Below, in pieces: positions 1 to 12,867 of a stretch of DNA of 64,000 nt (positions within the stretch are counted from its first letter, which is position 1; each line of letters starts with the position of its first letter). The stretch is taken from contig JAUPSS010000010.1 of the NCBI GenBank assembly GCA_040285825.1, positions 186,001 to 250,000 of the forward strand, given 5' to 3'. The notes beneath the pieces were generated by a model. That model did not search any database. It was not told the origin of the DNA and saw nothing but the letters and a program-made list of their open reading frames with translations. Source of the DNA: Eukaryota sp. TZLM1-RC. Taxonomy: Eukaryota > Protista > Metamonada: BaSk clade. A program made the translations under genes and the position numbers.

Positions 1-817
1 CAAGCCAAGTCTTACTTCATAATCCAAGCCTTCATATAATTTAACCAGATGGTTCTGAAGTTTTTTCAAGCAAAAACGTAAATTTGGAAGTGATCGGGTG
101 GGAATTTTTTGAACATTTTGAGGAAAACACTGAATCCAGATATCACTAGGCAAATTATCTAATTCGATATCAAAACTGCAGATGAACTGTCCTTCAAATC
201 AATCAAAAAATTTGCAAAAGCAGGATTTTCTTTCTTAGCCGTGCTAAGTCGAACAATAAAATCCTTGCTTTCAAATTTTTTCAAGAGATGTCGTTGGAGC
301 TTTTTCAACGCAAATTTTAATGAATACAAACTTCTGTCTGGAATTTCTTGAATGGATATGGGGAAACATGATTGCCATAAGTCGGGAGATAAACTGGATA
401 TTTCTTCTCTTAAGTTATCGAGGAATAGGCTATTTGTAGTTTCAAGAAGATTTTCGGCACAAGGATATCTTCTAGAGAATTCAAATACAAAATTTTTTCC
501 ACCACCAATAAATGCAACTTTGGTCAAATATTTTGATGAATTGTTGGTTTTCAGGAAAACGTTTCAAAAATTCAAAAACGAAATTTTTGCCTCCACCGAT
601 GAATGCGGCTTTACACAAATATTTTGATTTGTGAAAATCCAGGCCTCCCAATTCTGTGCTACAAAAAATATGACTACGTAAAAAAGAAGAATCAATATCG
701 AGCAAAATAGCCAAAAATTTTGTTCTTAAGTCATTAAAAATTCTGCAAAATTCGAGAGATATAGATGGTGATGTTGATCGTAAAACATGAGTAAATTTCC
801 CTGAATAACAAATTCTG

Positions 818-1735
818 TTTTTTAACCAAAATTTTAATTTTATTCAAAACCTATAAATCAACATCTAAAAAATCCATCTCTCCCAAAACAAAAACACTAG
901 ATGCAACTCTCTCATAGTGAGATCCAAGAGAAAGCAAAGCATCAGAAACCATCTTCAACATCCTTTTAAAAATAGAAAACACAATTCTATTTTGCCAAAA
1001 CAATCTGTTGAAATTTCTGCCAGTTCTTCTCTTTACAATCATTTCAAAATCTTCCAAAAAACGTAAAGCAGTTGGTGCAAGTGAACCAAAAAGGGAAAAT
1101 ACAAATGGATACAAATTGTATTTTGCATGCTGTAGACTGGCCAATTTGGACAAAGGTTCATTGTATTTTTTGAATTTGAAATTTTCAGCATTTGAAAGAG
1201 GATTATGAATTTCAGAATTAACAAGCCTTTCATTTGAGGCATTACAAGGATCAACAGACATTACATCCAATAAAATGAAACTTCCATCTAATCCAGGTAA
1301 TACAACATCACCTCTATTATTCTTATGAAAATCATCTTCAGCATCAAACAGATTTGACAACAGAGGTTCCAAGAAGGATTCAATTCTATGAGATTTACAC
1401 ATACAATATAACTGGTCTCTTACAGCATCATGAACCTTGCTTCTAAAAGTAATAAAATGTTTGAAATTTAACAAATGAGTAATTGTACATTCTCGAGAAC
1501 ATTTACAAATTAAATTATGAGGTAAATTATCAGGCCAAATAAAGGAACGAAATCTCATATTCAGAGTCCAAGCAGAATCGGATAAGAGAGAACCATAAAC
1601 TTGTGGAATTGTTGTTACTAAGGCAGAAGAAGTACTGTCACACATATCTTGTAAAAGATTTGCAAAAGCGGGATTTCTTGGCCAAGCCAAGTCTAACATC
1701 AAAATCCAAGCTTTCAAAAATCTTTGACAATTTTA
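818..1735 (-). mobile_element. 5'-truncated family A copy (RLE domain, ORF 851-1717) inserted into a family C copy
   Basis: A-tail at ~818-823 (T run on +). 15-bp TSD gaataacaaattctg at 803-817 and 1736-1750. Confidence 0.88.
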
Positions 1736-2799
1736 GAATAACAAATTCTGAGGAAGAAAAATTTAAGATGTTTTTCAATATTTAAATCTGAAAGAACCAT
1801 CAATTCTTCTTCAAAGTTATCCAAAAGAGAGGAAAGTTGATTTCGAATTTCATCAAAATTGCCTAAATAACAACCTAAAAAACCAAATCCTGATTCAAAA
1901 TAATTGATAAAAGGAACACTTTGATCATCAATAATGAGATCAGCAGGCTCTCTACCAATCAATAAACATTTGGAAATATTTAGAGAAAGACCAATTTGAT
2001 AATAGCGCTGTTGAACAATTTCAGCAATTGTTCTCAATGAATCAATTGGACCAATTATTGATATGTCATCCATATAAGCAGTTATATGAACATCTGGAAA
2101 TTCTTGTTTTAATTCACACATTAAAGGATGGATAGCAACATGAACATCATGAACCTTGCTTCTAAAAGTAATAAAATGTTTACAATTTAACAAATGAGTA
2201 ATTGTAATTTCTCGAGAACATTTACAAATTAAATTATGAGGTAAATTATCAGGCCAAATAAAGGAACGAAATCTCATATTCAGAGTCCAAGCAGAATCGG
2301 TTAAGAAAGTACCATAAACTTGGGGAATTGTTGTTACTAAGGCAGAAGAAGTACTGTCACACATATCTTGTAAAAGATTTGCAAAAGCGGGATTCTTTTT
2401 CTTGGCCAAGCCAAGTCTAACATCAAAATCCAAGCTTTCAAAAATCTTTGACAATTTTTGTTGAAGCTTTTTACAGGAAACTGTAAATTAAAAAGAGATC
2501 GATTTGGAATTTCTTGAATTGATTGAGGAAAACATTTGGTCCAAATTTGTGGCGGCAATTTTTCAAGTTCACAAGATAACTCATACAAATAAGGACTGCA
2601 ATTGGGAGCTAACAGATGAGAATCATCAGGAAACCTACGAGAAAATTCATAAATAAAATTTTTGCCACCACCCAAGAATGCTGATTGACACAAAATTGAA
2701 GATTTAGTAAATCCAATACCACCCAAATTTGCTGAAGAAAATAAGTGTTTAAAAAAAAATAAAAAAAAATAAAATAAAAAATAAATAAAAAAATAAGTG

Positions 2800-3948
2800 T
2801 TTTGTGAAAATTAGTGTTTTTATTTTTCAATTTCTTAATCGTTTCCCTGAAGATATTCATTTCTTAGTCCATCATTTTCAAAATATTTGTATGACCTTGA
2901 TGTTGCTATTAATAAAATTGCACCAGAAATTTGGTGTCAATGCTTTCCCGACTCAGTTCAAGAAATTCCTCCACGAAATTTAGTTAATTTAAGGTATTGT
3001 GTGAAGAAGCTTCAACAAAAACTGACAGTAATAATTGAAGGCTTGGATTATGAAGTACGACTTGGCATGGCCAAGAAAAAAAATCCCGCTTTTGCAAATT
3101 TTTTACTGGATGTTTGTGATAGTTCTGCCTCTTGTTTGATTAATCAAGTACCAAGAGTTTATGGTTTGTTTCTCAATGATCCTTGCTTTTTGTTATCTAT
3201 GCGTCTTCGATCTTTTATTTGGCCTGATAATCTTCCTCATGGATTAATTTGTAAATGTGGAAAGTCTGTCACTCCAACCCATTTATTTAATTGTAATCGA
3301 TTTATTACTTTTAGATCAAAAGTGCATGATGCAGTTCGTGATCAGCTCTATTGTATGTTTAAGTCCTACCGGATTGAATCTTTTTTAGAACCTTTGCTTT
3401 CAAATCTGGCTGATGAATCTGACAAAAATTCTTTTGGTGACAGCCGTGGTGATGTGCTAGTTCCCGGTCTTGATGGATCAATGATTATTATTGATGTCAG
3501 ATCTACTGATGTATCAAACAGCTCAAATGAAAAACTGGCACAATCTTATAATTCACCTTTACGTAGAGCTGAAGAAGCGAAAATTATCAAGTACACGGAA
3601 AAAATCAATAATCTGAATTCCAACTCACATACTCAATACCTTCTTTGTCCTTTTGCTTTTTCTTTATTTGGAACCTTGGGTAAAACCGCTTTATCATTTC
3701 TAGATGATTTCTCTACTATTGTCAAAAATAGAACTGGAAGAATATTTGACCGAACCTTTTGGCAAAATAGAATTGTATTTTCCATTTTTAAGGGGATGCA
3801 TAGCCTTGTTTCTAGCTCGTTGTTATCACTAGGAAGATATTATGAAGAAAAGGTTGAAGGTAAATTTTCAATGGTAGATGTGGAGTTTGAGGAAATAGAT
3901 TTTTAGTTTTTAACATATCTGTTTAAATAAATAAAAAGTCGTCTAAAA
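2800..3948 (+). mobile_element. 5'-truncated family B copy (ORF 2887-3906, Cys/His motif plus RLE) inserted into family A
   Basis: ORF ends ...VEFEEIDF*, followed by AATAAA and an A-tail. TSD aaaataagtg at 2790-2799 and 3949-3958, with a third copy at 2738-2747. Confidence 0.87.
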
Positions 3949-5620
3949 AAAATAAGTGACTTTTCAACAATCCTGGTTCTACATCCAATAAATCAGCAAA
4001 AAATTCTGTTCTCAATGAATTAAATGAACGACAAAAATCTAATGCTATGGAAAGGCACAAGATCTCAAAATGTGGGTTATTCTCCCAGTGTAGCAAATTT
4101 TAAGCATGAAAAATTTAATATGCTTTTCTATATCTAAAGAAGAAATTGAATCAAGTTCAATTTTCATTTTTTCCAAAATAACTTGCAATTCATTCTGAAT
4201 TTGAGGCACGTTTCCTAACCAACAACCAAGGAACTTAAAAGCATCACTACTATAATTAGTAAAAGGGACAATAGAATCGTTTATCATAAGAGATCGGTTT
4301 GGAATTTCTTGAATTGATTGAGGAAAACATTTGGTACAAATAAGGACTGCAATTGGGAACTAACAGATGAGAATCATCAGGAAAGCTACGAGAAAATTCA
4401 TAAATAAAATTTTTGCCACCACCCAAGAATGCTGATTGACACAAAATTGAAGATTTAGTAAATCCAATACCACCCAAATTTGCTGAAGAAAATAAGTGCC
4501 TTTTCAACAATCCTGGTTCTACATCCAATAAATCAGCAAAAAATTCTGTTCTCAATGAATTAAATGAACGACAAAAATCTAATGCTATGGAAGGAGCACA
4601 AGATCTCAAAATGTGGGTTATTCTCCCAGTGTAGCAAATTTTAAGCATGAAAAATTTAATATGTTTTTCTATATCTAAAGAAGAAATTGAATCAAGTTCA
4701 ATTTTCATTTTTTCCAAAATAACTTGCAATTCATTCTGAATTTGAGGCACGTTTCCTAACCAACAACCTTTATAACAACCTTTATTTTTTATAAATTAAA
4801 ATTTAATTTAAAAAAAACCAACAACCAAGGAACTTAAAAGCATCACTACTATAATTAGTAAAAGGGACAATAGAATCGTTTATCATAAGAGATCGGTTTG
4901 GAATTTCTTGAATTGATTGAGAAAAACATTTGGTACAATTATGGACTGCAATTGGGAACTAACAGATGAGAATCATCAGGAAATCTACGAGAAAATTCAT
5001 AAATAAAATTTTTGCCACCACCCAAGAATGCTGATTGACACAAAATTGAAGATTTAGTAAATCCAATACCACCCAAATTTGCTGAAGAAAATAAGTGACT
5101 TTTCAACATTCCTGGTTCTACATCCAATAAATCAGCAAAAAATTCTGTTCTCAATGAATTAAATGAACGACAAAAATCTAATGCTATGGAAGGAGCACAA
5201 GATCTCAAAATGTGGGTTATTCTCCCAGTGTAGCAAATTTTAAGCATGAAAAATTTAATATGTTTTTCTATATCTAAAGAAGAAATTGAATCAAGTTCAA
5301 TTTTCATTTTTTCCAAAATAACTTGCAATTCATTCTGAATTTGAGGCACGTTTCCTAACCAACAACCAAGGAACTTAAAAGCATCACTACTATAATTAGT
5401 AAAAGGGACAATAGAATCGTTTATCACAAGATCTTGAGCAGAAGAGCCAATCAGAAGGCATTTGTTCGCATTAAGATAAAGCCCAATATTTTCATATGAA
5501 TCGGCAATTTCTTGAGCAACCAATTCTAGTAAATTAAATGAACCAATCAAGGATATATCATCCATATAAGCAACTATTTTTATAGAAGGGTATTTTTGCT
5601 TAATGATATTTAAAGTTTTA
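3949..5620 (-). pseudogene. Tandemly repeated family A RT/thumb fragments
   Basis: The ...KMKIELDSISSLDIEKHIKFF... segment occurs three times. The same deletion junction (tttatcataagagatcgg) recurs at ~4281 and ~4880. Confidence 0.8.
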
Positions 5621-5629
5621 TTTTTATTT

Positions 5630-7640
5630 TTTTCTCCCTCCCTTGGTCAAGCCTCTCATATTTCACTTTCTGTGTCGGCGTCAAAGTTGTACTGTGTCTT
5701 TGCCAAAACGATGCCAGTGACCGATAGTGACTCCGATACTGATTGGAATGCCCAAGTGAAGGTTCTACCCGTCAGATCAAGCTCATCCCCTTCACTCCTC
5801 CACTCTCCCCACCCTCCAAGCTATGCTCGAAATTCTTCTCAAACAAATTCAAATTCAAAAAATGATCAGTGTGCCGCTAAAAACACAAAACTCTTAAAAA
5901 ATGTTCCCCGTTGCTCATCCTGTCATCAACTTGGTCATAAAAAAATTCTAAAAAGTGTGAAAATTATCAAAATCCATCTATTTCTTATTCTGTAACTGCC
6001 GCTGCTGCTGAATTAAATAATTTAGAATTTAATTTACCTCCCAAACATGAGTGCACTGCAGAAGACAATGATGCAGTGATGTTAAATATTTGTCGTGAAG
6101 CAGGTCAAATTGATAATTGTGCTATTTGTAATGAAAAAGCTGAAAGATATATTTTAAAAAATAATTTATATGTATGCCATGTTTGCTCCTCGCTTGATAC
6201 ACTACGGCCTCCATGTAAGATTCCGAATGTTCTCAGTCCCAAGGCTTCCGTTTCCTTTTCTGTTGCGTTTAGAACATTCAGTCTTGCTTTGAAAAAAGGA
6301 GAATGGGATGTTTTTTCTTTCTGGAAATTCTTCCTTGAACAAAAATCAGGTTCTCGTCCCCAAAAGGTTTACCATCTGGAAAAGCGCCTGGTCCATCAAT
6401 GATCACTTTTGACATGTTAAAATCCACGATAAACCAATGTCCTGAATGCATTGATGATTTGGTTTTCTTTTTCAACAAAATTTTAACATTAAAAATCAAG
6501 CTTCCATTTGAAATGACAAGTTCACGCTTAATTGCTTTAAAAAAGAATGAATCAAAAATAAGGCCTATTGCAATTGGTAAATCTTTGTCTCGTATTCTTG
6601 CTTCAGCTGTGTTTGGCAGGATTGGTAAAAAAGCTAAAGATTTTTTTAGTCCTTTCCAATTTGGAATTAAAATAGTTGATGGTGCATCTTCTGCAGCACT
6701 CTCTTCTGATGTCTTTTTTAATTCAAGTACTTCGAATTATATTTTTAATTTAGATTTTAAAAACGCTTTCAATGCAGTGAAGAGGTCGTCCATCTTGCCC
6801 TTGCTTCAAACTCATTTTCCAGAAGCTGAGTCGTGTTTTTTAAAATTTTGATGGCTAACAGTCGACTCTTGTTTATGAGGAATTCAATCTAATATCATCA
6901 TCTGGTGTCAAACAAGGTGATTCATTAGGTCCTTTCTTTTTCTGCCTTGCTATCCATCCTTTGATGTGTGAATTAAAACAAGAATTTCCAGATGTTCATA
7001 TAACTGCTTATATGGATGACATATCAATAATTGGTCCAATTGATTCATTGAGAACAATTGCTGAAATTGTTCAACAGCGCTATAATCAAATTGGTCTTTC
7101 TCTAAATATTTCCAAATGTTTATTGATTGGTAGAGAGCCTGCTGATCTCATTATTGATGATCAAAGTGTTCCTTTTATCAATTATTTTGAATCAGGATTT
7201 TGTTTTTTAGGTTGTTATTGAGGCAATTTTGATGAAACTCGAAATCAACTTTCCTCTCTTTTGGATAATTTTGAAGAAGAATTGATGGTTCTTTCAGATT
7301 TAAATATTGAAAAACATCTTAAATTTTTCTTCCTCAGAATTTGTTATTCAGGGAAATTTACTCATATTTTACGATCAACATCACCATCTATTTCTCTCGA
7401 ATTTTGCAGAATTTTTGATGAATTAAGAACAAAATTTTTGGCTAATTTGCTCGATATTGATTCTTCTTTTTTACGTAGTCATATTTTTTGTAGCACAGAA
7501 TTGGGTGGCCTGGATTTTCACAAATCAAAATATTTGTGTAAAGCCGCATTCATCGGTGGAGGAAAAAATTTCGTCTTTGAATTTTTGAAACGTTTTCCTG
7601 AAAACCAGCATTTAATAGAATGTTGTGTTAGTGACTATTT
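5630..7640 (+). mobile_element. Chimeric CRE-like copy: shared 5' end and a distinct Zn-knuckle region joined at ~6376 to family C RT (disrupted)
   Basis: 5' UTR ctccctccctt... and MPVTDSDSDTDWNAQVK, CSSCHQLGH, then family C RT (KIRPIAIG, YMDDISIIGP) with stops. Confidence 0.78.
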
Positions 7641-8256
7641 TTTTTATCTTAATTTTAATTTATTATTAAACTACAGTCTAAAAGTCAATATCTTCAAAAC
7701 AAGCTTCCACACCATCAAACCTCACAACAGCAATTTCTTCGTAATGTGCACTGACAGACATCAAAGCTTTCGAAATCATTTTAGGAATTGATTTGAAAAT
7801 AGTAAAAACAATACGATTTAGCCACAAGCGACGATCAAAACGCTTATTCATTCTTTTTTTTTACAAGATTTTCAAAATCATCAATAAAATTCATAGCAGT
7901 TTTTCCAAGACGACCATATAACGATATAGCAAATGGGCAAATTTGGTAATCTACATGGCGAACATGTTTCAATTCTTTTAAAGGATTTGCATATTTTTTT
8001 CGTTTGTACAATTCGGAGTCATCAAGGGGAGATACTTCGGATTGTGCATTTCTCAAGGCATTTTTCTTGCAAACATCCACTGTTACAACATCAACAACAT
8101 TCAAAACATCATCAAACGAGGGCACAACAACATCAGCACGTCGTTTTCCATATTCTGAATCTCTTACGCTTTCATTTATATCAAGAGACCTCAGCAAAGG
8201 TTCTACAAAAGATTCAATATGATAGGAATTACACATTGCATGGATTTGATCTCATC
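7641..8256 (-). mobile_element. 5'-truncated family D copy inserted into family C
   Basis: T run at ~7641. TSD agtgactattt at 7630-7640 and 8257-8267. RRADVVVP RLE motif. Confidence 0.87.
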
Positions 8257-8440
8257 AGTGACTATTTAGTGTCCTTGCAGAGTGAAATTGGATGCATCTC
8301 TCCTCACATATTTTTTTATCTTAATTTTAATTTATTATTAAACTACAGTCTAAAAGTCAATATCTTCAAAACAAGCTTCCACACCATCAAACCTCACAAC
8401 AGCAATTTCTTCGTAATGTGCACTGACAGACATCAAAGCT

Positions 8441-9925
8441 TTTTGATGAAATTCGAAATCAACTTTCCTCTCTTTTGGATAATTTTGAAGAAGAATTGAT
8501 GGTTCTTTCAGATTTAAATATTGAAAAACATCTTAAATTTTTCTTCCTCAGAATTTGTTATTCAGGGAAATTTACTCATATTTTACGATCAACATCACCA
8601 TCTATTTCTCTCGAATTTTGCAGAATTTTTAATGAATTAAGAACAAAATTTTTGGCTAATTTGCTCGATATTGATTCTTCTTTTTTACGTAGTCATATTT
8701 TTTGTAGCACAGAAATGGGTGGCCTGGATTTTCACAAATCAAAATATTTGTGTAAAGCCGCATTCATCGGTGGAGGAAAAAATTTCGTCTTTGAATTTTT
8801 GAAACGTTTTCCTGAAAACCAGCATTTAATAGAATGTTGTGTTAGTGACTATTTAGTGTCCTTGCAGAGTGAAATTGAATGCATCTCTCCTCACATATGG
8901 TCCAAATGCTTTTCTGCTGATATTCAAGAAATTCCACCCAGGTGTTTGATTTCCTTGAAATTTGCATATGCTAAATTGCAGAAAAAGATATTAAAAGTTT
9001 TTGAAAACTTGGATTTCACTGTTCGTCTTAGCTTGGCTAAAGAAAAGAATCCCGTTTTTGCAAACTTTTTAATTGACCTTAAGGAAAGTAGCTCAAGTTG
9101 TCTTATTTCCCAGATTCCAAATGTATATGGTCTATTATTAAATGATCATCAATGGACAACTGCCTTCAGGATGAGATGTTTTTTGTGGCCATGTAGTGTG
9201 CCAAATGATTTGATTTGTCGTTGTGGTCAGCTCATTAATCTGAATCATTTACTTAATTGCAAATTTAATATTACATATCGCTCAGTTGTTCACGATGCTG
9301 TTAGAGACCAACTATACGCTATGTGCAAAAGTCATCACATTGAAGCTTTTGTTGAACCACTTGTGCGAAGGTTGTCATCTGAAAATGAAGATGAAAATAC
9401 TTTTGGGAATCGCCGTGCTGATTTAATTACCCCTGCGTCTGATGGGGTTATTAAAGTTGTTGATGTTGTTACTGTTGATGTTTGTAAAGACTCAGCAATT
9501 GATTTTGCTAAAAGAGATGAAACTCCACTTTGCTTTGCTGAAAAGAGCAAAATCAAAAAGTACAATGAACCCTTATCTCAGCTAGGACGTGTTGAGCATG
9601 TCAAGTATCAGTTGGTTCCATTTGCTGTTTCTCTTTTTGGTAACATTGGAATATCTGGCATTAAATTTCTTGAAGTTTTCAGAAGTTTAATAAAAGAAAG
9701 AGCAAGAAAAGAATTGAACTTCAATTTCTGGCACAATAGAATTGTTTTTAGTATTCTTAAAACAATTCCAGAAATGTTGACCAAAGCACTGTTACAATTA
9801 GGAATAGAGTATGAAAATCGCGCGCTGAAAAGATTTGATGATGTTGATGCGTGTATTGAGGATATTGAGTTCTAGTTTTTTGTTTAATGTTTTGTTAGCG
9901 TTGAAAATAAATTTCAATTTATAAA
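8441..9925 (+). mobile_element. 5'-truncated family C copy (ORF 8475-9875: thumb, Cys/His motif, RLE)
   Basis: 466-aa open frame ending DACIEDIEF*, then a ~50-nt 3' UTR with AATAAA and an A-tail. Confidence 0.88.
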
Positions 9926-12866
9926 AAGGTTCCAAGAAGGATTCAATTCTATGAGATTTACACATACAATATAACTGATCTCTTACAGCATCATGAACCT
10001 TGCTTCTAAAAGTAATAAAATGTTTACAATTTAACAAATGAGTAGTTGTAATTTCTCGAGAACATTTACAAATTAAATCATGAGGTAAATTATCAGGCCA
10101 GATAAAGGAACGAAATCTCATATTCAGAGTCCAAGCAGAATCGGTTAAGAAAGTACCATAAACTTGGGGAATTGTTGTTACTAAGGCAGAAGAAGTACTG
10201 TCACACATATCTTGTAAAAGATTTGCAAAAGCGGGATTCTTTTTCTTGGCCAAGCCAAGTCTAACATCAAAACCCAAGCTTTCAAAAATCTTTGACAATT
10301 TTTGTTGAAGCTTTTTACAGCAAAACTGTCAATTAAAAAGAGATCGGTTTGGAATTTCTTGGATTGATTGAGGAAAACATTTGGTCCAAATTTGTGGCGG
10401 CAATTTTTCAAGTTCACAAGATAACTCATACAAATAAGGACTGCAATTGGGAACTAACAGATGAGAATCATCAGGAAATCTACGAGAAAATTCATAAATA
10501 AAATTTTTGCCACCACCCAAGAATGCTGATTGACACAAACTTGAAGATTTAGTAAATCCAATACCACCCAAATTTGCTGAAAAAAATAAGTGACTTTTCA
10601 ACATTCCTGGTTCTACATCCAATAAATCAGCAAAAAATTCTGTTCTCAATGAATTAAATGAACGACAAAAATCTAATGCTATGGAAGGAGCACAAGATCT
10701 CAAAATGTGGGTTATTCTCCCAGTGTAGCAAATTTTAAGCATGAAAAATTTAATATGCTTTTCTAAATCTAAAGAAGAAATTGAATCAAGTTCAATTTTC
10801 ATTTTTTCCAAAATAACTTGCAATTCATTCTGAATTTGAGGCACGTTTCCCAACCAACAACCAAATAACTTAAAAGCATCACTACTATAATTAGTAAAAG
10901 GGACAATAGAATCGTTTATCACAAGATCTTGAGCAGAAGAGCCAATCAGAAGGCATTTGCTCGCATTAAGATAAAGCCCAATATTTTCATATGAATCGGC
11001 AATTTCTTGAGCAACCAATTCTAGTAAATCAAATGAACCAATCAGGGATATATCATCCATATAAGCAACTATTTTTATAGAAGGGTATTTTTGCTTAATG
11101 ATATTTAAAGTTTTGTGAATAGCTAAACAAAACAATAATGGGCCTAAAGGATCACCTTGCTTCACACCAGAAGATGATTTAAGACCAAATGAATTATAAA
11201 TTAAATCTGATTCTTTCCCATAAAAATGGTAGAAAAAACTCGATAGCTCAGGAAAATTAGATTTGATTACTTCAAAAATTGCTTCTCGCTTTACAGAATT
11301 AAAAGCATTTTTAAAGTCAAGATTAAAAATAAAGTTATTTTCCTCTGCATTAAAAAAAGTATCTGAGGCAATAGCAGCAACAGAAGCACCATCAATTGTT
11401 TTGATTCCAAATTGATGAGGATTCAAAAATGTAGAAGCTTTGTCTTTGACACGATCGAAGACAATTGATGCCAGCAAACGAGATAGAGATTCACCAACAG
11501 CAATTGGGCGTATTCCATCAGGTTTAATTCCATTACCAGGCTTTACTAAAGCAATCAGACGTGCAGCAAGTAATTCAAAAGGAGGATTAATTTTCAAAAC
11601 AATTAATTGTTGAAAATAATGGGCTAGATCATCAGCAATTTCGGGAGCACTGGAATACGCTATTTTTAACAGATCAAAAGAAATTCCAGATGGGCCTGCT
11701 GCTTTCCCCTTTGGTAATTTTTGAATAGCTTTAAGAACTTCAATTGCAGTAATAGGATTTTCAATCCAAAAAGGACACACTTCAGGCTTGCTGCACTTGA
11801 AATTTTCTTGAGGATGCAACTTTTGAAGTTTTTCAAGGGTATCAGAGTTTGCATCAGCCAAAGAAGAGGAAAACAAGGACTGCTTTGCGGCACTATAATG
11901 ACCACGTAAGCACAATTTTCGGCAATTTTTTGATTTTACAATTTTTCTATTTCCAAATTTTTTCTTAAAACAATTTTTGTTTTTTCTAGCAAAATATTTC
12001 CAGAAGGATGAAAGATTCCACTTATTATTTTTCAATTCAGAAGTAAAATTTCTCATTTCCATTGAGAAGGGGATTGTGCTGGCGGGACTTATTTCTACTG
12101 GGATCCGGATCGGGGGTCTTACGGTATCAACGGCTTTACAATTCGTACAAAACAGAAGTTTTCGACCATTTCGTGAATCTGCAACATCCTTTTTGCAAAA
12201 TGGACAACAAAAATTACTGTTTTCAGAAGGGGAAGAAGAGGGAACACTAAAAGCATTTAACTGTTGATCGTCAGAAACATTATTTTCAGCATCTTTCACA
12301 ACGGCAACAGCTGGAACAGAACATTTGAGAATTTGTTGAGCAGATTTTAATTCAAATTCTCTTTTTTGTTTTTCAGGGCACGTTCTCGAATTATGACCAC
12401 TGATACCACAAATCGAACATTTTTTAGAACCTTTTAATGGCAGTGGTTTCATTTTTTCAGTTCTTTCAATTTTGTCAATTTGTGAGTTAAAAGTAGAAAG
12501 AGACTTTTGACTTTTTGCAGTTTCAGTTGGAGAAAACAAATTTCGAGAAACGGAGTTGTTAATAGAACGCGCAACAGAACGTAAGGATCGTAATTGTGGT
12601 TTTTGTGTGTTTTTTCTGCTACAATGATCAGTTTTTGAATGAAAATTTGTTTGAGATGAATTTCGAGCATAGCTTGTATTGTGGGGAGAGTGGAGAAGTG
12701 AAGAAGATGAGCTTGATCTGACTGGTAGAATCTTTACTCGGGCGTTCCAATCAGTATCAGAGTCACTATCAGCCAATGGCATCGTTTTGACAGAGAAACA
12801 GTAAGACTTTGACGCCTTGACAGAAAGTGAAATATGAGAGGGTTGACTAAGGGAGGCAGAAAAAAA
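9926..12866 (-). mobile_element. Family A copy with intact 5' end, a nonsense codon at 10329 and its 3' end missing
   Basis: ORF 10329-12782 (817 aa): MPLADSDSDTDW, CSICGISGHNSRTC, full RT. The same frame continues in ORF 9798-10298. Confidence 0.9.
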
Positions 12867-12867
12867 C

